Assembly (NCBI GenBank): GCA_973895155.1
Contig: OZ316891.1
Coordinates: 15,965,037 to 16,029,036 of the forward strand
Reading direction: 5' to 3'
Source of the DNA: Marsupella aquatica
Lineage: Eukaryota > Plantae > Marchantiophyta
Length of the DNA stretch: 64,000 bases
Each line of letters starts with the position of its first letter. Positions within the stretch are counted from its first letter, which is position 1. Under the pieces are notes generated by a model. It had not been told where the DNA came from, made no database searches, and saw only the letters and a list, made by a program, of their open reading frames with translations. The translations under genes were made by a program, and so were the position numbers. This document shows, one piece after another, positions 49,265 to 61,000 of this stretch.

Positions 49265-52200
49265 TGTGACGCCGCCGGTACGGCGGTTAATGAGTGATTC
49301 GGTCTAACTGCGCTTGGCACGCGCGTTAGGAGTGTCTTAGACCGCTATTATTAGCATAATGACAGTATTTAGGTAATCATTATGGGTAGGATATCATTAG
49401 GCAATAAGGGGGGATTCAGGTTCGGACTGGCGGTTGGTCGCTATTCGCACACCCGGGTTACGAGCGTGGAGGGGCCCCTCCCTCGGGCCCGTATAACGAA
49501 CTTAAGGAAGCGGCCACTGACACGCGCTGACTTAGACCGGCGGAGTGGCCGGCACACCACAAGCGTGAGCGGTTCAGCCTATGGGCGTCGAGGAGACGTC
49601 GGGGGATCGACAAGCCCTCAAGGTATAAAAGGGGAGCCAACCCTTTGTAGTGCACCAGTCCATCAGTCCACGCGCCAGCTTCGACCCCAGCTCTCTCGTT
49701 CGCTCTAAGTCGCCACTACTATCTCCCCTGAATGTCGCACATGATCCTCTCCAGCTCGGCCATTCAATTATGGACGCAGTTCCTATCTACCGGAAGGCAC
49801 TTGGCCGACTCATTGAAACACGCCAACCCGCGCCGATACGAAATCGAACGCGAGTACGAGAGACCCATCCGCCTAGCAGGACGACACCACTACATCCTTA
49901 ACTTTGACTACCCGTCTCAGAGCGAGCTTTACCAACCTGCAGAGGTATCCGGGTACTTCTTCAACGGAGACAAATATATCGGGTTCTGGGAAGCATTGCT
50001 TCGGCTTCCGGATGAGGTCTTCAATATCCCGGGTACGATCGACTTGCAGCGACATCACTTCGACCACATCCCTGCTCAGGTTCGGGCTATCATCAACAGT
50101 GAGTCCAGCACTACCCGTTCGACAAGGTCGTCTGCACTCACTTCGGAGAACTTCTACCAGCACCTACAGAGTTTCATAGTAACTCGGCCAGCAACCAACA
50201 TGACCAACTCAGTCGTACCCGTACCCGTACCCATACAACCTCAGGCTCAGCTTCAGCTTCAGCCTCAGCCGCAGCCTAGCCAAACCCCACCACCGATCGC
50301 CCAGCCAGCACAAGTACGCTCCGTCATCAACGTTGTGGATCTTAGCGATGACGACGAGGCTACCCTACCCTTGACCAGGCGGCCCAGAGGAGCAAGCGCT
50401 TAGGGGGCCAACACTATATCGTCCCCACCCCCTGCTCTGACCCCAGGAGCGGCCCCGGCAGACAACATGGTGACCGTGGCCGACCCGGGCCCGTTACGAA
50501 CGGCAGTGGCACTACCCAGGCCCGATCGGGAGGATGGGGAGGTGTCACCTTCCCCGAGCCAGTCACGGGGGAAGAAGAGGAAGGAATCCGCCACTGCATC
50601 CGGGTTACCGTTGGCCACGGTAGCCTGGCCAAGGTGACGATGCACCGCATGGGGGAAAACGTTCACAAAAACATCCTCCATCCCAAGCATGCGGTGTACC
50701 TAAAGACTCAGGGATTCGAGCACCTCGCCTCCCTCCCCTGGAACACTTGCAGGTACTACAGGGAGGACATGACGGAGTTCGTCAGGAATTATGACGACAC
50801 GCGTCAACATACTCGGCTGCGGGGAAGGAGTATGTCCCTCACGGAAGAACGGCTCAGGATGATCTTCGGGTTACCCGAAGGTGACCATCGAGTTGAATCA
50901 CGGGCTCCCGTGGGCAAGGGAGCCAAGTACCAATCTTCAAGTTTTCCCTCAGAGGGAGCAGTGGACAACGGGTTCGTGATGAAGACCTGCCTCATCCCCG
51001 AGATAGCTGAGCGACTGCAGTTCCAGAGGTACGCCCTCCACATGATGGAACCCCGGGGAGAGATCTCCGCCGCCCAGGTTATCCAGGTCGAGAACTATCG
51101 ACCTAGGAGGTGGGCGTCGTACTTCGCTAAGAAATTCCATGAAGAGATGGAGCGGCGAAGGAAGACGCTGTACATTGGCAGGAAGGCGTATTTTGCTAGC
51201 CACATCGAGATCATTCTTGAGTGGTATGCCCGGTTTGATCGACGAACCCTTCCCCGTGTCAACGTTACAAAACTGGTCCCAGCTAGGTGGGTTTTCCCGG
51301 CCTTGGAGAGGCGGCCCCAACCCGAGGCCCGAAGTCCAGCGAACACGCCAGCTTCACTCACCCCACCTCCACAAGTAGCTGTAGTTGTAACCGAGGAGGT
51401 ACCGGATGGGTCGGGCGTCGCAACCGTTGATGCGACCCCACAGGCCGGGCTAAGTACCGAAGTCGGTACGGTGGAGGTCTTACCCGAACCCGGTTCTCCT
51501 AAAGACCCACCGGTGGCTATTCCCGAGAACCGGACATTGCTACAGGAGGACGCTCCAGCCCCTTCCAACATTACGTCCCCAGGGCTGGACGTCACTGCCC
51601 CAGCCCCCGCGCGTGTTGACGTCTGCCCATGCCCAACTCCGGACAGATACAACTTGGACCACCCGGAACTCTTCGTACCGGGTACATTTCTGAACGGGCT
51701 TCTGGGAGAATTCTCTCATCAGATTGCCCGGGATACCGGGGAGTTCATGGCCCGGAAGGTAGCCTATTTCTTCAATCAGGAGTTGGTTGCCGTAGTAAAG
51801 GCAGGTCGGGCCCAGTCAAAGGCCCTTCAGAGGATAGAGCGATACCGGGTGGAGTCCGTGTACCTAAAGAACAAAGTTGCGGCTCAAGAGGCTGAGCTTC
51901 GGCAACTACGACCCAAGGTTGCAGCCGCCGATGAGCTGTTAGCAAAGGTGCACGCTCTTACCGCCCTAGCCGAACAGGCCAAAGCTAGGAACGAGGCCGA
52001 GATTACACGACTCAGGAACCAGATTGATAGTTTGAAGAATCAAACTGTCACCTGGCAGAAAGACCTGGAGGAGGCCGAGGAACGGGCCCAATAGGACACG
52101 GCGGAGATAGCCACGCTGTAGGCCGAGGTGGCGCGGCTCCAAACCGAGGCCGAGAAGCAGGACCAGCTGGCGGGTAAATTGACAAGTGACGCCCAGCAGC

Positions 52201-53264
52201 TGGAGGAGGCTTGTCAGGAGGCAGCAGAGGAGACAGACGCGGCGAGGCAAGAGAACAAATCTCTGCTGAACCAGGTCCAGCTCCTCAAGGCGGACAATGA
52301 CAGGCTTCGAAGGCAGCGGGATGGCCGCTCCCATTCGGGCGGCTCTGGCAAGCGTGCTAGGCATTAGCAGCAGAGTAGGAATAGATTAGGATTAGGACGG
52401 GCTTAGTCAGGCTCTTGGGACAGGCACCTGCCTTAGGTACAGCAGCGCTGCCGTGTTGTCCAGCCTGCGTAGATTAGGATCTTCTAATAAGACACAGCCG
52501 TTTTCCGGCCTGACTATCAGCTTAGTTAGGACCTTAGTCAGCGAATCTTCGGCGAGAGGACACCCCATCCCTCGTCCCTTAGTATTTAGTGCACCCCTCG
52601 GTAGAGGCCCACGGGGTTTTTAGTTGCAAAGTTGGGCGTCCGCGGTATGTGCGGGGAGTCCCGACCTCTAGGAATGAAAGAGTACCAAGGGGAGGGGGTA
52701 GGACTAAGCTCGCCGGGCGAGTGTGGAGCCGGGCTCCATTGTAGTGTGCACCATCGGCCTTGAACCTGTTCATTCCGGGGCTGTCGGGTCAACTAAGTGT
52801 ACGCATATGTTCCCTTTGCAGTAAAATCCTTTCCCATCATTTTCCTTTGTGTAAATCGAGATTGTATGCATGTGCGCATGTATGTGTGTGGGTTTCTCGT
52901 ATATGGGTGGCAGCGCCAGGCCGAACGCACTACCCGAGACGTGCACAGGGTGCAGCCTGCGGGTAAGTGGTTGCGAGCACGGGTTGAGGACCTGTATCAT
53001 CAAATCCGGATTGAAGGCGGATAGCACGAAGGCTTAGAAGCCCTTAAGCCAGGGTCGATCCTGTTATCAACTAAGATACGTTCCGGCGGCGGAACACAAA
53101 CCATACCTAGGAGGTGTCCATATTTAGCAGTATGCGCACTTAGCGCTAGTTTACGAGAGTAAGGTGCATTACGTGCTTCCCTTCCTGCCCGAACCACCAG
53201 ATTTACGAGGGATGTGACCGTCTAAGCTGAAGTCTGAGTTAAGGCCGCAGCCGATGACGTGACA
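49265..53264 (+). repeat. Putative 4.0-kb LTR containing protein-coding sequence
   Basis: TGT...ACA ends. TATA-like GGTATAAAAG at 49622. The 5' part recurs at 63425-64000 after an integrase; the 3' part recurs at 3682-5432 directly before PBS and gag. Confidence 0.65.
49732..52367 (+). pseudogene. LTR-internal extra ORF (plant retrotransposon accessory-protein-like domain plus coiled coil)
   Basis: ORFs 49732-50403, 50634-52094 and 52128-52367 separated by TAG stops or a frameshift. GFEHLASLPW..EFV..LRGR..LTEERLRMIFGLP resembles Athila-type accessory ORFs. Heptad-rich C-terminus. Confidence 0.6.
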
Positions 53265-53329
53265 ATAAACAATTCTTTGAGAGACTGTGATTTTTTGGGG
53301 TCACAACGTGACAAATCATAAATGTTGCT

Positions 53330-53820
53330 TCGTCCTCTAATAGAACCAGTCAATTAAAGAGCTACCTCAAACGCGACTGGTCGCGTCAACTGATCCTAAA
53401 TGGAACGGTACCTCCTCTAACAAAACCAATCAATGAGAGATCTACCTCAGACGCGACTGGTCGCGTCAACTGATCCTAAATGAAACCTTACCTCCTCTAA
53501 CAGAACTAGTCAATGAGAGATCTACCTCAGACGTGACTAGTCGCGTTAACTGGTCCTAAAAGGAACCTTACCTCCTCTAACAGAACCAGTCAATGAGAGA
53601 GCTACCTCAAACGCGACTGGTCGCGTCAACTGAACCTAAACAACTATATCCACTGAACCTTCCTTGTGGAGATTTGGATATGGTACGCGCTTAGTAAATC
53701 TATCCAGTTTCCTTCTCACACGCGACTGGTCGCGTCAACTGGTCCTAAAAGGAACCTTACCTCCTCTAACAGAACCAGTCAGTGAGAGAGCTACCTCAGA
53801 CGCAACTGGTCGCGTCAACA
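53330..53820. repeat. 80-bp tandem repeat array, each unit carrying palindrome B (ACGCGACTGGTCGCGT)
   Basis: Palindrome at 53371, 53451, 53531 and 53611 (80-bp period), then 53720 and 53800. Confidence 0.9.
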
Positions 53821-54927
53821 GCTCAAACAACTTTTGGACACTAGGATAATACAGTGATACAACTGTGATTACTGACCCGAACGGACAAGGAAATCCGAGT
53901 AAGCATGATTTCATTCATTTGTATTCATTCATGAACTTTACAATAATTCAGATGTTTGAGCTCTGTCATTGTGAAACTATTATATATCAGAAGTTTAGAG
54001 AATGATTCAGCTAAGATGATTCAATTTAGCAGTCTACTGGTTGTATTCATCAATTAAAGGATTCAGTGTAATGAGATTCACATAACATGAGAGTTTATAT
54101 GATTAAATTCACAGCGTGCAAGTTTGTAATGACTTACTTAAGACGATTCAGGTTGTATTTTAATTAGTGAGTTTGTATGATTCAGACATATTTGAGTTTA
54201 TAGACAAACCGCATTATGAAAACTCAGCTTAACAATCAAGAGAAATTTTAGCAAACAACAATCAACACCAGCAGAAAATGTAGAAATTGCACCTGAATTC
54301 TGAAAAATTGATGTAATCGTCTGAGAGATTGACGTCCAAGCACTTGAAGACCTTGCTGCGGCATTCCAGAAAGTAAATATAAGATTGAAGATATTAATAT
54401 GCTAAGCAACAACAACACAACTTCTATACTTCTATACATAGAGCTTCGCTGCCACCAATTGAATAACATGTGCTTAATGCTAAGGAACTCATTATGTCGA
54501 GTTAGAAAGACTCTTTCAAAAGTACAATCAAAGCTGTCGATAGACAAACTGAGCATGAATAAAAGCGCACTAAACCTGAAGATTGAAAGAGGTGAAACAA
54601 ACCTGAATGATGAATGGAAGGAGCTTAAACAAGCTGCCAAAAAGTAGTTTGAGTTGCTGAAACACGTTGATCGAGCTGATATGAGCTTAAAATTGGCTGA
54701 CACGAGCTGATACGAGCACTCCCAAAAAACTAGCTGCAACGAACCCAACGGGCTCCTAAGAATCCCTTCGAGCAAACTAGAAGTGAATACGAGCTGTAAA
54801 TGCAAGCTGCAATGCGCCAACAAGCTCCTGGTCGAAACGATCGACAACTACTAAGAGCTGCAACGCGCCGACAAGCACCTGACCACAACGAACGAGCTGC
54901 AACAACAAAAATGAAATCCAGGGCAGG

Positions 54928-55200
54928 AGCGAGAGTGAGAGCGACAAGAGCGAGAGCGAGAGCGACAAGAGCGAGAGCGACAAGAGCGAGAGCGACAAGA
55001 GCGAGAGCGACAAGAGCGAGAGCGACAAGAGCGAGAGCGACAAGAGCGAGAGCGACAAGAGCGAGAGCGACAAGAGCGAGAGCGACAAGAGCGAGAGCGA
55101 CGAGAGCAAGAGTGAGAGTGACAAGAGCGAGAGCGACGAGAGCAAGAGTGAGAGTGACAAGAGCGAGAGTGATAAGAGCGAGAGCGAGAGCGACGAGAGC
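54928..55200. repeat. Purine-rich 15-bp tandem repeat (GAGCGAGAGCGACAA)n
   Basis: About 9-10 near-perfect units at ~54950-55100 with degenerate flanking units. Confidence 0.9.
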
Positions 55201-56248
55201 AGGCGCACGAAAGTCTAGGGAGCGAGAAACAACAACAATGAACAGTGAACTCAAGACCGTGGGCGCCGACACTAAGGAAGGACTAATTAGGGTATTGTTT
55301 TAGCATAACCCTAATAACAGCCTAGCGACAGGAAGGTTCCAGATGATCTCCGTACACTCCACCATCGACTCAACAAACTATGCAATCATGAAAAAAAGAT
55401 TACCGGATTCCTTTTGATTTGCCGTACTAAAGGAGATTTCTATTTGATCGCCAATTTGAAATTTAAACCGGTAATTATGCAACTGCAAAAGATTGTTAGT
55501 GGGGGGATCCGGATCCGTATCTTCACTATATCTACCAATTCAAATCCAAAATGTGAACGAACGACAACTTTCTCACGATCGTTCCATCACGTAGTGGAGG
55601 CAAACTTCAAAATCATTCCATTTTGGTAGTGGAGACCGTCGGATCCGGATCCGTACTCCACTCTCTATCTTGCCAATTCAAACCCAAACTCTAAACAACG
55701 TAAAACGATTCTCACGGTTGGGGAGAACCGATATTCAAAATCAATCCTGTACAATGATTCTCACGACTGGAGACTCAACCAATTTTCAAAATCAAAATTG
55801 AGTCCAAATGAACACATCCTTCATGGAGTCAATAAATTGATCTCATTGCTCACGGATCATTCTTCATTTTCAGTTTCTCCTGACCAGGATACTAGCTGGG
55901 CTCTCAGCGGAGGCTGATCCAAGGCACATTTGAGGTGGAGCAGATTGGATCATTCGACTATTCCAGTCGGAGGCGGAGCTCATTCAAGCAATGTTGGCGC
56001 AGTTCTTGTTGTATCACCTTCAATCTTGGGGAGAGCACATCCGATCAAGCGAGAGAGTTGCGACGAAGCGAGACGACAAAGATTTAGAACCTCCATAGTC
56101 TGCCTCATTCATCGAAGCATTCTAGCGGACCAACAAAGAGTGGCTATTCTGAAATCACTGTCTGGTCGAGGATTTTGATCTTGATACGATCAACAAGTTG
56201 TCATTCTCTGGTGGTGGGATTCGGTCACGATACTCAAGGAAATTGGAG

Positions 56249-58099
56249 TTCTAGAACTCGCCAAGTCTAGCATCCTAACTCAAGCTCAACAAACGTTGGT
56301 AAATAGGTCAGCGATAGGTCCTCCCGCTGCCATAAGCCAGAACCAGAACCCACGCCCACTGTCCGTCCAGGACAGTTTCTTCTTTGGGCGCGGCCCGGGT
56401 TCCCCCTCTTACCTATCCATCACCAACTGACCGCCCTGACCCCAGGACATGCTCATGGCCCAAATAGGGTAGCTTGTCCTAAAGCTTGTCCCAAGCTTGT
56501 CCCAACACGCCGGGACCAGAATGGTCCCGACCCTAGAATCCACTCCCGGTTCACCTCAAAGATGGTCTAGGGCCAAACACTCTTGGGACTCAACCTCCAC
56601 ACCTACTTGGCCTTGCCTCCCCAACGCAAGTTCCCTTGGGAGACTGAACGCAGCTTGGCTGCTGTTCGGCAGGATTTGGCAAGCAGACGAGTTAACACCC
56701 ACAAACCCCAAGACCCCAAGGTACCTCCAGACCCAGCTGAGCTCAGGAGGGCATAGCCCTCCTCAAGAGATTTCCAACGCACCCAAGAAGTCCTCCAACG
56801 GACTCCCCGTCCCCGTTGGGAAGATATCGCCATTTTTGTTTGGCGGTTTCCCTTAGTGTCGCGACCGCCGCGGGTCACGACTTTGGCTCGCCCTTAGCCC
56901 CCAGGGAGACACCACTCCCCTCATATATGCTTCTGGAGACCTGCCACCCCCAGACCGGCTTTGGTCCATAAACATTTGGCCCCAACCCGGATCCCATCAC
57001 GCAACATGGGCACGCCACCAACTGGCAACGCCCATAACTTTCTTGATAGGCATCCGCCTTAGCCCGTTGTGATCGGGCCGACCCAGTGCCCATGCCTAGG
57101 CCCTCAGGTCTGATCGCCGCTCGGGGCCCCCGACCGGCCCAACCCGGATCGGGCCACAACTTGCGCCCCAAGTGTCCGTTGCCCATGGCATCAACTCCAT
57201 TGGCCTTGGGCCCAAGAGGAGCTCACACACAAGCCCTCACAACTCAAAGTCCATCCGGAGGTCCAGACGGCCGTCCTTGAGCCCGACCCATTTCCCCTTG
57301 ACCCGACCAACTATCCGCTAGTCCAAGTCCTTAGTGTGTGACCCCAGCTTGGCTCCTTGCCTCGCTAGTGCCACGTCTCATTGCCCACAAGTCTCCCAAT
57401 GCTAAGTCCTCCCCGGATGGCCTATCCAGGCCTGGACCATAAGGGAGCTCGGCGTCGGAGTCAACGACGCTAGAGCTAAGTGTTAAGGTAGTCGAGTTCC
57501 GCGACTTGCACCCCCCCTTTAAAAATGGTCACGCCCGTGTGACCTCAATAAACATTCCAACACGCCTAGACCACTTTGGGCCTTAAAATTTTTATGAGGT
57601 AATAAATGGTTTGCCCATAAGGCTGATGCAAACCAGGTTGGTATGCGCATTCCAGACTTAGGAAATTCCAACCTATCCCACTTATCCAAGTAGGATGCCA
57701 GTCCAAACGGGAAGCTAACTCCAAACTCGTCGGACCCTTTGTTCTCCCCTTGGGGTACTCCCCTTTGGTTCAAACCATCCCGCCCACAGGTGTAAGGCGG
57801 GCACCATCAACTTCCACTCGCAAAAAGCAAATTGTCCGCCCAACAACCTCTAGCACCTACGCAATTTGACTTTATCCTTAAGAGGCCAAGAGGAGTGAAA
57901 CTATGATACAACTCACAAAGGGAGCTGCAGTTGCCTGTACCAGTTCACAACGGCGGTAGGCCACTTCGCGTACGATAGCTTCCAAGGATCTTTGAGGCAT
58001 TACCCAAATTTTCTTCCGGTTCCCAAGTACTCTCAGCCTGGTCGTAGCCAGCCCACTTCACCAAATACTCTAAGATTTGCCTTCCCAACTTGCGTTTGT
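56249..58099 (-). mobile_element. Chromovirus remnant: chromodomain end, 3' UTR, PPT and truncated 3' LTR (LTR 56249-57506)
   Basis: Near-duplicate of 5660-7495. KRKLGRQILEYLVKWAGY..STWEPEENL. Interrupted at 58100 by a copia LTR end. Confidence 0.88.
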
Positions 58100-61000
58100 T
58101 GTTGAGCATAGACGACATTTGTAACAACAAGCCCATGAACCATCCAACATACAAGAGTCAACACAGAGAGATACGTGGTTCACCTCCACATGAGGCTACG
58201 TCCACAGGAACACACGAGAGTTTTACTATACTCTAGGTCGACAGGCCATACAAGGCATCCATAGCACATGTAGTTTGTTATGAAGAACCAAAAACACACT
58301 TAAAGGTCTTCAAACTCGGTATTCATTCCCGTAAAGAACAAGATGGGGTTGGTTTGATAGATTTAAACAATAATAAAGAACTAAAGATATTTTCCACACA
58401 TAGTAATCAAGTTTGATTACTTCATTAAGGTATTTTGAAGATCGCTCCACAGCGGTGAGTAGTTTTCAATGATAACTCAGCATCATGTAAACATAAATTA
58501 ATGAAAAGGGAATGATTAACAAAATACACCAAAAATATCTTAAAGTATGCTAAGGGAGTCTGGAATTGACCAAGGTTGCTCCTTAGACATAAGTCAAAAT
58601 GAAATGACTTAAGGATTCAAATCCATATTGCTTTTCAGGTCTAAAATGCTTACTAGAGTACCTTTTAAAATACCGTCAACATGTCTTATCCTTTCTTTCT
58701 AAGTGGTACTCAGATAAAATCTAAAAGGTAGCTACTTCAACATTTAGATGGTACTAAGCAACACGAAAGAAAATCCATCAATTTCAATGAGACTTAAACT
58801 CAATGAGTTAACTTTAAGAACTCAAGAGATTGCAATGAGTCACCAACAAGGAATCTATCATTACAACTCAAAAGATTTGCACAAAAGGAATTTTACTTCC
58901 TGTGTTTATAATCATAGGTAAAAACACAAGAAGGAGGTAAGTCTCTCCAAATGTTAAACCTGATCTCGAACTCATAGATTCATGATCAACTAGTTTAACA
59001 CAAGGAAAAGGCAAAAATGCATAACTTAACCATAAACTACACTAGTGGTGGAGAGGTCTTATAGTAAAAACCTATAGGGTAAGAGGTTATAGGGTCGAAG
59101 AGACATGCCTCTTCATACTCCTCAAAAAGTCAAAACAGCGATTCAGTAAGTGAAAAGCCGGAAAATGGCTAAGTAAGAACCCGTAAAAGCGTAAAGGCGT
59201 AAACTCGTAAAAGCATAAAAACATAAAGGCGTAATCCGTAATTGCGGTACAACTAAAAACTTATCAAATTCAACTATTTTTAACTTCTTAACTATAAGTC
59301 AAAAAACTCTGAGATTTTGCCAACAGATTTTCCTAGGTACAGACTATATACTAAAGAAGTATGACAGCTTTTAAAGCTCTAGAGCACATTTTGAAAAATA
59401 GGGAAATATGCACTATTCTTAAAACTAACTAAAAACACTTAGACTACTCAAGCTTGTTGTCGGATGTCTTCTGGTTCGAGTAGCTCCACTGCTTTAACAG
59501 TTCAATTTTATGTAACTTTCATCAGCTCAGCCTGGCGTGGGGATCCTCGAGAGTAGGGTAGGCATCTCAATTGCCTTTCAGGATATATCAAGGGCATTCT
59601 CTTCCTTAGATAACATATGTCTATTCGAAGAGCTTCTCTATACATCCCAATCACGTCATAATTATTGCAAGTAGCAGCATATACTTGGGGATAATGGTAT
59701 AGGAATTCATCAGAGTTCAGCATCCTGGAATAGAAAGGGTGAAGCCTCCATTTGACATCTTTGAAATATCGGTTGAAGTTGGCTAGAGTTTGAGAGGTGA
59801 CATTGTTCCAGATTCTCTATTTCTCAGCTAATGAACTGGTTGAAACAAGGGTAACCTTGGGCTCTCGAGGAAGGTAAGCGTTCTGGGGAGAAGTAGATTT
59901 CTTACTCTGCATGAGAAAAGAAACCACAAAATCTAGGGCATAAGCTGCCAAATTTCCAAAATATGCCAGAACTAAATCTGGATCCTCCACCTCCACATCT
60001 CCTTGAAGCAGCATCACAACAAGAATGGGTCGGAAGTAGAGAGAGTCAGTCCAGAACTCATCGAATTGTGCCATCTCTACTCTGGAAGTTCCAAAACACC
60101 TAAGGTCGAAGATATAACTGGCCTCTATCTTTTTGAGATAGTAGTATCTCCAAAACTCTCCAACCGATGGTCTGTTGGCCTGCATTATCTTACAGGTCTC
60201 CACATACCTGTGCACTTGGGACTCTGGATGTCTCGGGTATCTACTCTCAATGGTGGCATTCCGAGGTGTTTGAGTAGATGAGGTGACAACTGCTACTAAG
60301 TTTGGATTGGATCTTAAGGCAGTATCAACATCTTCAAATCCCTACCTTGGGGATGACTCAAGAGAATTATCATAAGATCTATAAGTTTCACCATCTGAGG
60401 GTGGATCAGAGTCTTCAAGCATATCCTCTCTGACGTAAGGGTGCTCATATTGTGACCGATTGTAGGTGGGTCCTTCAGTGGGTTCATAGTTGGAATCAGG
60501 GCTGTAATGTTGCGAACCTGGGCTAGGAGTGGGACTAGCAGTTGGACATTGTTGGATCAAGTTGCTGACCACGGATGCTATCTGTCGAGGTTCACACTGA
60601 AGTATTTCTAGCAAATCATCCACAATAGCTACACAACTGATACTATCTGCTACTGGAACAGGTTCACTTGTTTCTAGGGGAGGGGGTTGTACAGTGACAG
60701 GAGTACAGATCACAAACTCCATTGGTGCTGGTTCTCTTGGGGGAGAGGTCATTCTGACAGGACTTAGCTGATCATGAAATGGTGATCTCAAACTAACAGC
60801 CTCCATTCTCAAATTACTAACAACATCATATAGTCCATCATCACTACAAGTGAGGAGAGATGTCAACTTATCAATAAGCTGCTGATTCGACTCTGCTTTC
60901 GAAGGAGTGGGCCTGGTGGTCTCATGAGGAGTAGCATCAGTTGGTGTAGCAACATCGTCTTGTTGATGAATGCTCCTTACTTCTTCAGCTTCTAGTGGAT

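Larger units (their letters stand above)
47286..53264 (+). mobile_element. Non-chromoviral Ty3/gypsy, 5'-truncated (RT connection/RNase H, integrase, PPT, 4-kb 3' LTR), lying upstream of gene B
   Basis: RSFLGCVGYYRQFIKDF, YVDVS, TDREALG, FHTDHDSL; integrase HHCC, WGIDYIGP, LVSDRGTHF, NGMAER, WLGPF; PPT AAGCGGGGAG before TGTGAC (49265); end GTGACA (53264). Confidence 0.9.

Noticed and set aside
53330-53820. CRISPR-like array (regularly spaced palindromic repeats)
   Set aside because: Inter-palindrome sequences are near-identical, so this is a tandem repeat. There are no cas genes and the context is eukaryotic.
54730-55303. Long ORFs (ALVAL, SLSLL, RATRA repeats)
   Set aside because: Stop-free by-products of a 15-bp tandem repeat in several frames. 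No evidence of coding.
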